The translations under genes and the position numbers were made by a program. A DNA stretch of 64,000 nucleotides from the NCBI RefSeq assembly GCF_028641065.1, contig NC_073396.1:18910001-18974000 (forward strand), read 5' to 3'. A model generated the notes under the pieces. It ran no database searches. It was given only the letters and a program-made list of their open reading frames with translations, and was not told the origin of the DNA. Of this stretch, positions 12,986 to 26,200 are shown in pieces (the first letter of the stretch is position 1; the number at the start of each line of letters is the position of its first letter). This DNA is from Leucoraja erinacea. Its lineage: Eukaryota.

Positions 12986-13184
12986 GGACGGATATATGTG
13001 ACGGGCTACTGGCTGCTTCCGGAAGAGCCCAGGACACGGTGAGTAACCAAAGATTATAGAGGAGTCCCCGTCTTTCTGAAGTCGCCGAGTCGCCCGCGCA
13101 GCAGATACATCGCGGGCCGGTATCTCCGGGAACCGCGGGCCCGCGACCTCAGAGGCCCGGAGTCGGGGCCTCCGCTCTGATCCA

Positions 13185-13700
13185 GAGAGTTGTGGATGCA
13201 GCCCAGTCCACCACACAGAGCACACTCCCCACCATTAACACCATCTACACTTCACGCTGCCTCGGGGAAACAACCGAGGATCACTCTCAAGGTCCGGACC
13301 TGCAACCTCGCCTGTCCATTCCCGACCCAGAGGCTGCCCGACCCGCTGTTACTCCAGTACATTCACATCCCGCTCATTCCATTTTCTCCCTGCCTTTGTC
13401 GAGCAAAAAAATATGAGCTCATATCACCAGATTCAAGAACAGCCTTTTTCCCTTTGTTATCAGGAGACTGAACCGTCCTCTCATAAGCCAAGGATATATT
13501 CACGATCTCCCATCTTACCTCACTGCAGCCTTTGCAGTTTTTTTTATCTGCACTTTCTCCGTAGCTGTAGCACTATATTTCGGCACTGTTACATTTCTCT
13601 CTGGCATTACCTGATGTATTCGTGCATATTGTGATTTGCCTGGATAATGTGCAACCCATGTTTTTCACTGTATCTCGGTACACGTGACAATAATAAATCA
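13185..13700 (+). mobile_element. Rex-Babar-type LINE 3' fragment. Other copies near 4330-4660 and 4965-5230(-), 18215-18420(-), 28190-28490, 33700-34145, 42070-42440(-), 42820-43240, 45495-45850(-), 48030-48230 plus 49621-49690, 60710-60890
   Basis: Degenerate RVVDAAQS..TLPTI..IYTSRCL and RFRNS.FP peptides, with a shared tail TTTTCACTGTACCTCGGTACACGTGACAATAATAAA. Confidence 0.65.
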
Positions 13701-14233
13701 ACATCAATCTCTGGTTTTGGTCCTCATCCCCAAAGCCTGCAGATTATTTACTCTGATGAACTTCTCCCTCTGTTGAGCACTTAAAACAGTAAAGGGTTGC
13801 TCCAGGGTTGGCATTAGCATTGGCACCCTGGCCCTGCCTGATCTTGCTGGTGCTCGGATGACAGTTCAACTGAACATGATTACCTGTGGAGGGGTGTAAC
13901 AGACAGCCTTGGTCCTATCTCACTGATTGACCCATGCCTTGTGTCCACTTCCACATGTGATTCCCAAACAAAGAATGGTAGAGCTGCTGCCTTACAGCAC
14001 CAGAGACTCGGGTTCGATCCTGACAGGGGTATTGTCTGTAGAGTGTTAGCACGTTCTCCTTGAGACAGCGTGCGTTTCCCCCGGGTGCTCCGGTTTCACA
14101 CTTGACTGAGAGATACAGCGTTACATGAAAGCAAAGTTGCTGCAATCGTTCACAAAGTTTTCTGTCCTTTCAGGAGCCCAGGCTGATCACTGGTCTGTCT
14201 CGGAGTGGGGTCAGAAGTTTTCTGAATATTTTG

Positions 14234-17200
14234 ATGGAGGAGGTGAGTGCGTGAACATAATTACTGGTATCCCAGGCCATTAGCTTTTCCCCCCCTATAT
14301 AACTGGTCATCCAGCATGGGCAACCTGTAGACATCACTGTACTTTAAGGCAGGAGAATACACACAGCATTGGATGAGGTTGGCGTGAAGACGTCTCTTTG
14401 TAAAGCGGAAATTTGTTCTACAAAATTTTCAGTTCTTCGTCAAAGTGTATTTTAATCCTACAGTATTACAATAAATGGGCCAATCCTGGGATGAAAGCTC
14501 AGTCACCACTGTAGTTAGTTCCGCCACATTTGGGCTGGCGTTTAACATAATACTGCCGTGTAATCAGTACATCTGCACAACATTAGAGCGCACGCTCTGC
14601 TGGTCTCTGCAAGTGCCTGCTTGATGCTTGCTGCATCTCCTAGGTCTCAGGATGAGTGCCAGGCCCAGGCGGACCTCTATGCATGTCACAGGGCTGACGT
14701 TTGCCATGGCAATGGGTCAGGAGATGTGGGAAGAGGACAAGGACAGATGGTGATTGGTCAGGATGGTGGGAGTAAATGGTGATTAATCTCTCCTCCCAGT
14801 TCTGTCCTGCCTTTGCTCATAGCTCAGTTCGCCACAACATCCTCTGTTACAGGTCCCTAAAGAGAGAGTGGAGGCATCGCTGGATGAAGGTGTGGAGCAG
14901 CTGCAGGCTGACATCTGCCAGCTCATGGTGACAGCACAAGGTGAGTGCATGCATCATTGCAGCTGTTTCTCCCACTGACTCTTGTGGTGTGGTGGATCCC
15001 AAAATATCCCTCCTCAATCTCCCTTTAGAGATCTTTGGACGTGCTCACCACCATCTCTCTGGTCCTCGAGACTTCTTGGTATCTTACGATACTATTTATC
15101 CTGAATTCTTTTAACTTGTTTATTTTAGAGATACAACGTGGAAACAGACCCTGTGGGGCCACCAAGTTCAATCTCCCGTTCACACTAGTTCTGGGTTATC
15201 CCACTTTCACACACTCCCTACACACTAGAGGCAATTTACAGAGAGCCAGTTAACCTACAAACCCACAGGTCTTTGGGATGTGGAAGGAAACTGGTGCACC
15301 CGTTGGAAACCCACGTGGTCACAGGGAGGACATACAAGCTCCACACAGACAGCACCTGAGGTCAGGATGGAGCCTGGGTCTCTGGCGCTGTGAGGCAGCA
15401 GTTCTACCTTCTGCACCACTGTGTCACCCTTCTGTAAGAGTCTTGCCTTACTGTCTTTGCTTTAAACCCTATTTGTCACATTTCTGCCCACCTGGCCAGC
15501 CCATAAATATCTTCTTACGAACTACAACCATCTCCCCGTCAACACCCCCTCATGGTCTCTGCATTTGCTTTGTGTTTCGTCGTGCTGGAAGCTTGGACAG
15601 TGATCCCTGGGCCAGTGGGTTTATCGCAGGTGGTGACGTTAATGTAGACGGGATTCAAAATCTATGGGAGATTGATCGGTAATCTTGTGGGGTTGATGCA
15701 GGAATGACATGTTTAATTATTTGTTCCCTCCACAGATCCGAGTCCTGTGGAGATTCAGCACCACGGTCTAGACAGCAGCAGTGTTGCCGAGCACCGCAGC
15801 TGCAGCCACCAGTGCAACGTCACTGTTCCGGAGGGAGGGAGTGATGTCCCTGCGGTAACGCCGCCAGCTCAAGGGGTCGTAAGTTCCTGCCCGGGGGACT
15901 CTGGCACAGCACAGCAGGGTCGGAGCGGTGACACTAGTGATTGTCTTCCTGCTACCGGAGAGGAGCGGCCGCTCTGCAGCGAAGCAGCGAGCCAGCATGC
16001 TGAATTTAAGTTTAATTTCGCAATCCCTGAAGCAGGTGCTGGTGTTAATCTTACAGGAGAGTCAACGGCTGATCCCGCACCAAGTCAGCAGCTCGAGAAT
16101 GTGGAAAGTACAGCTTCCAAATCCACGCGGAAGAAAAAGAAGAGAAATAGAACGCAGAACAGTAAAACCCAAGCTGGAATCCGCAAAGATCAGGAGCAGC
16201 CGAGCCAGAACAGTCAGGGGGAAGAGAGGAACAGCGTGGGTCTGGTACGGAGACCGGGGCGAATCCCAGGGATCTCTAACTGGGAACAAACGAGTTGGGA
16301 GAGGCACCAGCTGGAATCCACTCGCTCATTGACTCGACAACTAAGAAATAGAGAGTTGCATTTCTATAGCAACTTTCACCTCCCATTCACAAGAGCCCCA
16401 ATACTTATACAGCGCAGAAACAGGCACTTGAGCCCAATCTGTCCACGCCTGTCTGAGTTAGTCTCGCAAAAACCTGCCTGCATTTGGCCCATATTACATG
16501 GATAGGACAGGTTTAGAATGATATGGGCCAAATGCAGGCAAGTGGCACTAGTTTGGATGGGACATGTTGGTAGTTGTGGGCAAGTTGGGCTAAAGGGCTT
16601 GTTTCCACACTGTATGAAGTTATATCCTTCTGAACCTTCACTGTCCGTGTACCTGTCAAAATGTCCTTTAAGCATTGTAATTGTACCCACCTCTAGCACT
16701 TCCTCTCGCAGCTCTTTCTGCATACCCACCACTCTCTGTGTAGAAAAAGTTGCCCCTCAGGTCTCCTTTACATTTGTCCCCTCTCACCTGAAGTCTATGC
16801 CCTCCAGTTTTTGACTGCAGTACAATAGTACTGCTGTACGTTGCCAGAGTCCTTGCTTAAGTGCAAGTGGACAATGTCTACTGCCCTCGTCAATCCTCTT
16901 TACAATTCAGAGATACAGCATGGAAACAGGCCCTTCGGCCCACCGAGCATGCTAACCACCTGTACACTAGCACGATCCTACACACTAGGAACAATTTACA
17001 ATATTACCGAATCAATTAATCTACAAACCCGTACGTCTATGGAGTGTGGGAGAAAACCCATGAAGTCACATAGAAACTCCACACAGATAGCACCCGTTAG
17101 TAGTGCAGTTTGCTGGACGTTTCTCCCAGCTGGGGTTTGTGTGTTTCTTGTGATGCCTGTACCTTGAGTGTGCTGCTGTAACATCTCCTGTCTTCTCTCC

Positions 17201-19956
17201 CAGTCTCCGGAGGAGCAGCTCCAGCGAGAGGTGGACTGGTGTATCGAGCAGCTGAAGCTGGGACTGCAGTCCCAGAAAAATACTAAGAAACGAGGTGCGT
17301 TACAGGATCTGGGAGTCGGCCAAGCTCACGAGGACTGGGTCAGTGCCCAGCCCTCGATCCTGCAACATGCCCGCTACAGAAAATGTCCCATTGGAGCCAC
17401 ACTTGGCCTACAGCGATCAAGTGCCCTTGTCCTGTGATCACACACCCTCCATCTTATCCATATCCCTGTAATCTTATCTCCTGTCATTGGTCCAGTTCCT
17501 TACAATGCTGCTGTTGTGCCTGTATGGACCATTGAGTCATAAAGACACACAACCCTTCGGCCCACTCGTCCAACTTTGCAATTGAGCCAGTTCTTCTTGC
17601 CCGCATTTGGCCCCTATCCCTCTAAACCATTCCTATCCCTGTACCTGTCCAAGCGTTTTTCAAATGTTGATAAAGTACATGCCGCAACTACCTCCTCTGG
17701 CAGCTCGTTCCATATACCCACTGGCCTTTGTGCAGAAAAGGTTGCCCCTCGGGACCCTTTTAAAACTTTATCCCCTTACCTTAAGCCTGTGCTAGCTGGT
17801 TTTAGACCCCCGTCCTGAGAAAAACACCCTAACCTTGTCTGAGCCCCCATGATTTTATCATCACCCCTCAGGCCCAGCAGTCCCGGTATCATGGGATCAA
17901 GCTCTAAGTCCCAAACATTTTCCGAGGCAATGGCTTCCTTAATGTGCCCCCCCCCCCCCCCCAGTCTTTGACCCATCTCCTTCACCCCACGTTGCCTGGC
18001 TGATGCCTCTCTACACTTTGTGAATTTAAACACAGATTACGTCCCTTACCCCCGAGCATGTGGCTGAGTGCAGCCGGGTTTGAGTTGCATCAGGCGAGCT
18101 TGAGATCGCACCGTCTTTGTTGGATGAGATGCAGGATGGGACCATGTGGGAGGGTTGTTGACGTCACCGGGGAAGCTCCCTGTCGGAGCGGGCACTGCCC
18201 TAGACCAGACTACCTTTAGGTTTATTATTGTCACACGTACCGAGGTACAGGGAAAAGCTTTGTTTTGCATCCAAACAGATCATACAATACCATACGTGAA
18301 TACAATCAAGTCAAACAGCAACTATGAGGTAGCTTGACATCAGTGCAAAATGTACAATAACAAGAGCAAGGTGGGAAATACAGATTGCAGAGTATAGTTC
18401 TCCGTATTGTAACGCATCAGTTTCAGAGACAAAGTCCAATACCCATAATCTGCCCACCATAGTGTCATCTGCAAACCTGTAGCAGGAGGTAGAGCCCAAT
18501 TTGGCCGCACAGAAGTTAATGTAGTTAGGGACTGAGAGCACGTCCTTGCGGGGCACATGTGCTGAGAATTACTGTGGAGGATGTGTTGCCTGATATCCTC
18601 ACTGACTGGGGTCCATGGATTAGGGAGTCAAGCATCCAGTGGCAGAGAAGACCTGGTTCCTAGAGCCAGGGTTAGGCCAAGTGTTTGAGCCCGAGTTAGA
18701 GGCAGGGTAGGGTTTGGGGTAAAGGATGAATGGATGTTGTGACCCGCTTTGTATTGCAGGCGAGGAGGCCGTCCGTGCACTGTGCACCTTGCACAGCAAG
18801 AGGGCGCCACTCGTCAAGAAGCGGCAGCTGATGAGATCCATGTTTGGAGACTACAGGAAGAAGATGGAAGAGGAGAGGCAGAAGCAGTTCAGGCTGATGC
18901 TGACAGGTGAGAGGAGGGTGGGCGGCCCTCGACATGGGAGAGGAGGAGCGGGGACAGTGAACTAAGAGGGACATTGGTTCACTAGTCGATCAACACGTGG
19001 CTTGATATCGGTTCAAAATGACAGAACATTTCCAGCCATGTACCAGAGACTAGCGATTAGAGGGCTGGAGAGTACGTCCGTGCAGCGGGGAACGCTGCTA
19101 CCTCATCCCCAGGAACAATCCTGACCTCCAGGATTGTGCGGAGTTCTCCCCACCAGTTTCCTCCCATGATCCAAAGGAAAGCTGGTAGATTAATTGGCCA
19201 AAAGCATCAGAGTTGATGGGCAAGGAGTGGTGGGTTAAGTTCATAAGTTATAGTAGCAGAATTAGGCCATTTGGCCCATCAAGTCTGTCATTCAATCATG
19301 GCTGATCTATCATTCCCTCTCAATCCCATCTCCTGCCTTCTCTCCACAACCCCTGACACTCGTACTAATCAAGGATCTATCAATCTCTGCCTTAAATATC
19401 CATTAACATGGCTTACACAACCGTCTGTGGCAATGAATTCCACAGATTCACCACCCTCTGAGTAAAGAAATTCATCATCTCCTTTCTAAAGGTACGTTCT
19501 TTTACTCTGGTCCTAGACTCTCCCACTAGTGGAAACATCCTCTCCACATTCCCTCGATCCAGGTCTTTCACTATTCAACGAGTTTCAATGAGGCCCCCCT
19601 TCATCCTTCTGAACTGTAGCTAAGTTCGAGGAGGAGTGACGCACTGTCCCCACAGATCCGGTGTGAATCTGATGGGCCAAATGGCCTGCTCCTGTGTTGT
19701 AAGGGAGCCTTGTTGTGCATGGTCAGGTGTTCTGCTGTGTGCGTTGTCAGCTGAGGCATTTGTAATTGTATTTCTTCCAGCTACAAAATCGGCCAGCATT
19801 AAACCAGTTAAAGAACAAACCAGGAGCAAAGTGTTGGGGAAAATTGCAACAAAATCACCAGAGGTTGAGGCGGCCCCTGCATCAGGCTCCGTGAGTCCTG
19901 AGAAGATCACGGTCGAGGCAGGAGAGCCGGCTCCATTCCGGTTTAATTTCTTCTGA
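14234..19956 (+). CDS. C8orf33: UPF0488 protein C8orf33 homologue. Coding exons 14234-14242, 14853-14940, 15736-16244, 17204-17294, 18760-18906, 19781-19956 (339 aa); non-coding exon 1 probably ends at 13038
   Basis: EEQLQREVDWCIEQLKLGL, APLVKKRQLMRSMFGDYRKKMEEE and C-terminal FRFNFF are typical of the family. Exon lengths sum to 1020 nt with canonical splice sites. AATAAA near 20117. The N-terminal exons are less certain than the last three. Confidence 0.88.
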
Positions 19957-22900
19957 GCAACGGGTGAAGGGTGAACAAGGTGTGCAGCCTCAGAGCTCCC
20001 TCTTCACTCCCGAGGGTGAAGTAACGGATTCTCTTGGTGTGACCTATTCTGGTGCCTCTGGCAAAGTGGAGCCAGCAGAGTGATGTTGAAAGGCTACATG
20101 GAGAACAATAATTAGATAAATAAACTTGCTTTTATTTTCCCGTCAGGTTTGATTTTTACACTTGCACAGGCTCAGAACAGCTGCCTGGTCAGTCACAACC
20201 GGCCTGTGGAGCTCCAGTTTCCGACCACACTTCTCCCCGGAACCCAGTCCATGCACTACACATCCATCGCCTTCCCTCGGTTAAACCTAGTCACGCTGTA
20301 AAAAACTACATCCTGTTGCATCGTTTAAAAAAACATGAATAAATACACAGCTCAGTTTGTTCCAGGGCACTTGATTCTCACAGCCCACGGCCCTGCTTTT
20401 TCCCCAGGGTCACACACGTGGCTCTAACTGCCCTGTGACGGTGCAGTGCTGGAGACATCTCCACCGCTCCCTCCGACTTTAGAAAGCCCCAAATGCAACT
20501 CTGCTGTGGGAGGGAGAAGAGCGATCTGCAGCGAGGTAGCTTGACTTCAATACAAAATGCCTGAATATTATTCAGGACAAGGTACCAACAGACATTTTAA
20601 TGGAAAATCTTAATGCAAAAATGACTTTTTGAGAGGGAATTAGTGTTGTTTCTCAAGCTGTTACCTGTAAAAGCAGGTCAGTCAGTGGGTGCTGGTTTAT
20701 TAAATACTTTCAGTGAAGTAGCACACAAGATGTTTTGGACTGGTGGTTAATATCTGCATGAATTTTGGATTAGATAATGGACAGAACAATATCAGTTCAT
20801 CACCAAAACATTGGTTGTAAAACTGCGGCGGCTCTGGCAGAAACACTGGCAGCATCTTTGATAACAGGTGAAGTTGTGAAAACAGGAGGGCGGCTAATGA
20901 TGACCATTATTTATAAAGGCAGCGAGGAAAGTTGGGGAAGTCCAGGTTAGAGGTGATCCTGGGAGAGGATCTACTGGCATTTGGAGTCTGAACTGATCGG
21001 GATGGTCAGCACTGGCGTGTGTGTGTGTGTGTGGAATCGTCTCATAAATCTGTTGGAGGTTTTCTGAAAAGGTCAGATAAATGATTGGGCAGACCAGTGG
21101 GCATTGTCAGTGTGGGGCAGACCAGTGGGCATTGTCTGTGTGGGCCACACGTGGGCAGATGGGAGTAGCTTAGATAGGTATCTAGTTTGGCCCTGATTCC
21201 ATGCTACCCATTCAAAGGTAAGAGCCTGGAAACCATTGGTGTTCATTGGGTGTGTGCATGAATCAATGTACTTTACATCCACAGCAAGGAGGTGGAACGT
21301 ACACAGTACATCAGCTGCAAAACAGAGACGTGTGTGCAGGAATAGGGAGCATTGAGGAAGGAGTTGGTAACACTCAGTTCAGCACCACAGTCAGCAGATA
21401 AAAGGCCCCAAAGGAAAGCTGGCCCTGTCCCCTGTACTAAATGATTCCAGAGTTAATGGGAGCCCTCATGGCACAATGGTCCCCTCATCCCGTGCAGTGG
21501 AGAGCGATGGGACGGGATCCCCACATTTCTGCTGCTTTGGTTTGAAGCTTGGTTTGATCGGGTTGGACTGCCAACCACGGGAGCTTGGTCCAATGTCCCT
21601 GAGCCCCAGCGAGCTGTTGGGCCTGGGGAGGGGGTGCAGTCACACTGGGCCAAGCTGCAGAAGACCGTGACTTAAGTCCTGAGCTATAGGAAGTGGGTGA
21701 GCAGGCTAGGTATCCTTTGAGTGCAGGAGGATGAAGGGTGATCTTACAGAGGTGTACAAAATCATTGGATAGATCAGGTAAACACACAGTCTCTTGCCCA
21801 GAGTTGTGGAATCAGGAACCAAAGGTGAGAGGGGGAAGATTTAAAAGGAACCTGAGGGGTAACTGTTTTTTTACACAGGGTGGTGGGTGTATGGGACAAG
21901 CTGCCGGAGGAGGTAGTTGAGGCAGGTACTATCGCAATGTTTAAGTAACATTTAGACAGGTACATGGATAGGATAGATTTAGAGGGATATGGACCAAACG
22001 TGGGCAAGTGGGACTAATGGAGCTGGGACATGGTCTACTAGCATTTAGAGGGGCAGGACTGATGGGGCTGGTATCCACAACGACTTTAAACCCCTCAGCT
22101 GTGGGTAACGGGGACAGCCGGCCAGTGATCCTCAGGGTGGGGGCGCTGCAGGTGAATGTTTCACTGCCATTCCCAACCTCTGCTCCGTCCACACTGACCA
22201 GGCCACCGGTCAGCACTACAGCGGCCTGCTGGGCAGCTGGAGGGGGCGGAGCGTTCACTCAGCGACAGAGGGAGGGGGAAGGTGACGAAGGGTGCGGGCA
22301 GTGCAGGGTCTATGAGAGGATACCTGTTCACCAGCTCCCCATTCACTGCACAAAATTCAATAGGAACCTGAGGGGTAACTTTTTCACTCAGAGGGTGGTG
22401 GGTATATGGACGAGCTACAAAGGGAGGTGGTTGAGGCAGGTACTGTAACAACTTTGAAAAGACAATTAGAGACATGTAGAAACAGGGAATTGCAGATGCT
22501 GGTTGACAAGCAAAAAGTTCTGGAGTACCTGAGCAGGTCAGGCAGCATCTCTGGAGAAGCTGGATAGGTGATGTTTCTTAAGTCTGATGGATACATGAGT
22601 ACATGGATAGGAAAGGTTTAGAGGGATATGGGCCAAGTGCGGGCAGGTGGGACTAGTGTAGATGGTGCCCCTTGGTCGGCAGGGACGAGTTGGGTCGAAG
22701 GGCCAGTTTCTACACCGTGTGACTCTAGGACAATAGCACAATGCGCGGCATTTACAAAACAGGAATTTCTTGGTTACAAGCAGAACGACGGGAGGAACGA
22801 ATGTGGAGAGGAGGCGAGAAACAGGGCGAGAAATGAGAGTTAAATGTGGAGAGGCAGCAGGCGTGTGTCACAATGTTCCCAGGTGGTCTGCTGCTGTTGA

Positions 22901-23287
22901 TCGAGGACAGAAAGGTGACGCTTGTTCACGACTCGACATCTCCTGGACTTTGTGAGGATCCTCGCTGTTCATCGAGGTGTAGACCGCTCCACCCAGGCGC
23001 GGTGGTCCGTGGGATGCTGCGTGTGGACAGGCACCAAATGAACACGCCAAGAGACGTGGTCTGAAGCATGTGGAGATAACTGATCGCCTCGCTAAAAACT
23101 CACGGCTTAAGGCAGCGATTGGCACCAAATCAAAGCAGAGGTTGAAGGCCGAAGGTCTGCCAAACATATAAGTTTATTTGTTTTTTACAGAAACGTCTTT
23201 GCTTTGTGTGAATCGTTGAGGGTGGAGGGATAGATGAGGAAACGGCAGAGGCACTGGCTGTGTTCTTCTCCCGTCAGACACTTGCCT

Positions 23288-26200
23288 CTAGGAGTTCTGA
23301 ATGTTGGCCAAGAACTGCTTTGCCCACCACTCCTCCAGGTCGATCGGAACAAAGTCTACAAAACCAGAGTAGGAAGTGTATCAATGGAGCACATCCCAGG
23401 CTCAGACACAGAATGAAGCTCCCTCTACACCACCCCATCACACATTCCCGGGGACAAACGCAGAGTGAAGCTCCCTCTACACTGTCCCATCTCACACGGG
23501 GCCAGCAGGGATTGGATGCCAAGACCCCCTCACCTCTGTGTTTTCCTCAATCACTATCCGTCAAGCAAGCCCCAACATTTTACCTCCGGTGATGGACAGA
23601 GGGGAAAGCAGTGTCGGCCCTCTACAGCTCACACCCTGTGCCTGGGCTGGGGTCACTGCCATGTGTGTCTCTGCCACAGTCTCAGCTCAGAGAATCGGCC
23701 AAGGACAGCTCCGGTCTCACTGAGTGGCCCAGGGCCTTGTCAATGCTGATAGTCATTGGCCTTCCCCTCCAACCACCTTTTATCTCTCCTCCAATATTTT
23801 TAAAACTAATAAAGAAAAACAAAACTCTCCGCTTTAACCCTGACATCGGCCGTGACTCAGCAAAGCTGCCTCAGTCAAGTCACAAGGCTGTGACTCCAAG
23901 CCACTCTCGTCATTACTTAATATTAGATGTAAAATTGCTGGCAACTGTTGTGGAAAGTTTCTGGAAGCAGTGCAGCGGGTAGAGCTGCTGCCTCATAACT
24001 CCAGTGATCCGGGTTTGGACCTGGCCTCGGGTGCTGTCTGCATGGAGTTTGCACGTTCTCCCTGTCTCCATGCGGGTTTCAGACCGGTTTCTTCCCACAT
24101 CCCAAAGACATTCTGGTGGGTAACTCGCCCCCGGGGTAGGTCAGTGGCTGTAGGATCGGTGATGGGATGCGAGGAAGATTCACTTTTAGTTTTTGGAGTT
24201 GCAGCATCTGCAGCTGTTGTGGTTTCCCCTTAACTCCCACTCCCCCTGCTGCCTCTGGCACGGCCATTTCCTTAACTCTTTATTTTGTTCTCCCCAACTC
24301 TTTTATTTCCTGCACACTGGAGGGTGCGGGTAGTTTCACTGCTCAGAGCGCCGCGGGGAGTGGAGAGGGGCACCGACCAGACTTACTGCTCAGGTTCTGG
24401 CTGGGTGATTTTTCCACGTACTCCACTGCCCCGCAAGGTCGTTGGCTGTTCTCAGAATGCCGGCTGGCCAGCAACTCCTCCTCCACCTGTTGCCAGGCTG
24501 CGGGAGAGAGAGAGAGAGTCTTGTCACGAGGAGCGAGACATGGTGGGAGACAGAGGGGAGGACACAGCAGGAAGGGTGCAGGGGGAAGGTTAGAACATAG
24601 AATGGTACAACACAGGAACAGGCACCTCCTTACATTCCTGGCTAGTCTTTCCTCAGCTTCCCTTTAACATCTTTTTGTCCACTTCTGCTGTATTCTATCT
24701 CTCCAGTCGTCACACTTATCGCTAACTACCCCCCCCCCCCTTAATCCTCTCAACTGAACAACCCCCGCCCCCCTTTATACTCCTTCAAATCATTCCTTCA
24801 AACTGAAATATAATTTTTCAGCCAAGAACATTTGCCATTGCCTGCCGACTGTCTTTCCTACAGCCATACAGCACAGAAACAGGCCATTCGGCCCAATTCA
24901 TCCATGCTTGCAAACTAGTCTTCGGCATTAAACTTTATCTTGCACTAAACATTATTCTCTTTATCCTATATTTGTACACTGTGGGTGCCTTGATTGTAAC
25001 CATGTGTAGTATTTTTCCTGACTGGATAGCGCACAATAAAAAGTTTATTTGCTGTACCTCGGTACACATGACAATAATAAACAGAACCTTTGTGCTAATT
25101 CATCTCCCCACTCTACTGTAGCTCACTTTGTCCTTGTCCTGTTGTAACATATGTAAAACACAGTTGTTTCCAGCCTAGACTTCTTACACACACGCTGAAC
25201 ACTACATTCCAGAGTCAGTAGTCCCTAGGGGATGTTTTACTCGGAGATTGTCTTATTAAACCAGCCTCATTATCCATTCCCACACCTAACACCAACTCCC
25301 TGCTTGAACCTTGAGTGGTTCTACCTGTTGAGCAGACAATTTGCATTCATCAAACTCTGGAATGCTGGAGGCTGAGGGGAGAGCTGATAGAATTATGAGG
25401 AGGTAGACAATAAGAACGTTTTCCCCAGGGTGGAAATGTCAAAGACGGCAGGGTGTAGCATTAAGGTGAGAGGAGGAAAGTTGGGCCAGGGTTAGGCCCA
25501 GGGGACTGGTTTGGTTGGGGGACTTGGTGTGGATGATTGGACCAGAGGGCCTGTTTCTGTGCTGTACGACTCAGACTCTCATAGGACAGGCTGTCTGAGT
25601 GCTGGTAACTGGAGATTGGGACTACACCCAGTCTGTAGTTGGCCCGCACACACAGCTCCTCCACACTGACTACACTCGCTTCAGTCCACTCCACAGCCTG
25701 CACTCTAAACATAGAAAAACAATCTGAACGGACGTTTCTTCACAGAGAAAGTTAACATCCATCCATGTGACCTTTTAAACTTCTGAACTGAAATTATTTT
25801 TCTGCTGGGTTTAATTATTGATCAGTTTGCTAAGCATCTGTCCCACAGCCCCAGATAAACTGCTTGTGTGTGTCATAGTCATACAGCAGAGAAGTCATCT
25901 ATTCCGACCAAGATGCCCCATCCACGCCATCTCCATCTGCCCACATTTGGTCTATATCCCACTAATCCTTTCCTATCCATTTACCTTTCTAAATGCCTTA
26001 TAAATGTTGTTACGGTAACTGCCTCAACTACCTCCCCTGGCAGCTCGTTCGATATACCCAACACCTGTGTGAATATGTTGTCTCTCAGGTTCCTATTAAA
26101 TCTTTCCTCTCTCACTGTAAACCTATGCCCTCTGGTTCGTGATTCCCCTACTCTGGGTAAAAGACTGTGCATTCACCCTATCTATTCCCCTCATGTGTCT

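Larger units (their letters stand above)
12700..13180 (+). promoter_or_regulatory. CpG-rich promoter and non-coding first exon of the C8orf33 homologue
   Basis: Local CpG enrichment, ETS-like GCGGAAG, CCGGAAA and CTTCCGGAAG motifs, YY1-like AATGGCG near 12718, and a strong donor ACG|GTGAGT at 13039. Confidence 0.65.

Noticed and set aside
13975-14035. tRNA-like sequence with GGTTCGATCC
   Set aside because: It is the tRNA-derived head of a V-SINE, not a complete cloverleaf.
22868-23167. Minus-strand ORF containing LVPIA as an alternative MCRIP2 end
   Set aside because: The true last exon (FVPIDLEEWW) is at 23355-23288; this ORF is downstream or UTR sequence.
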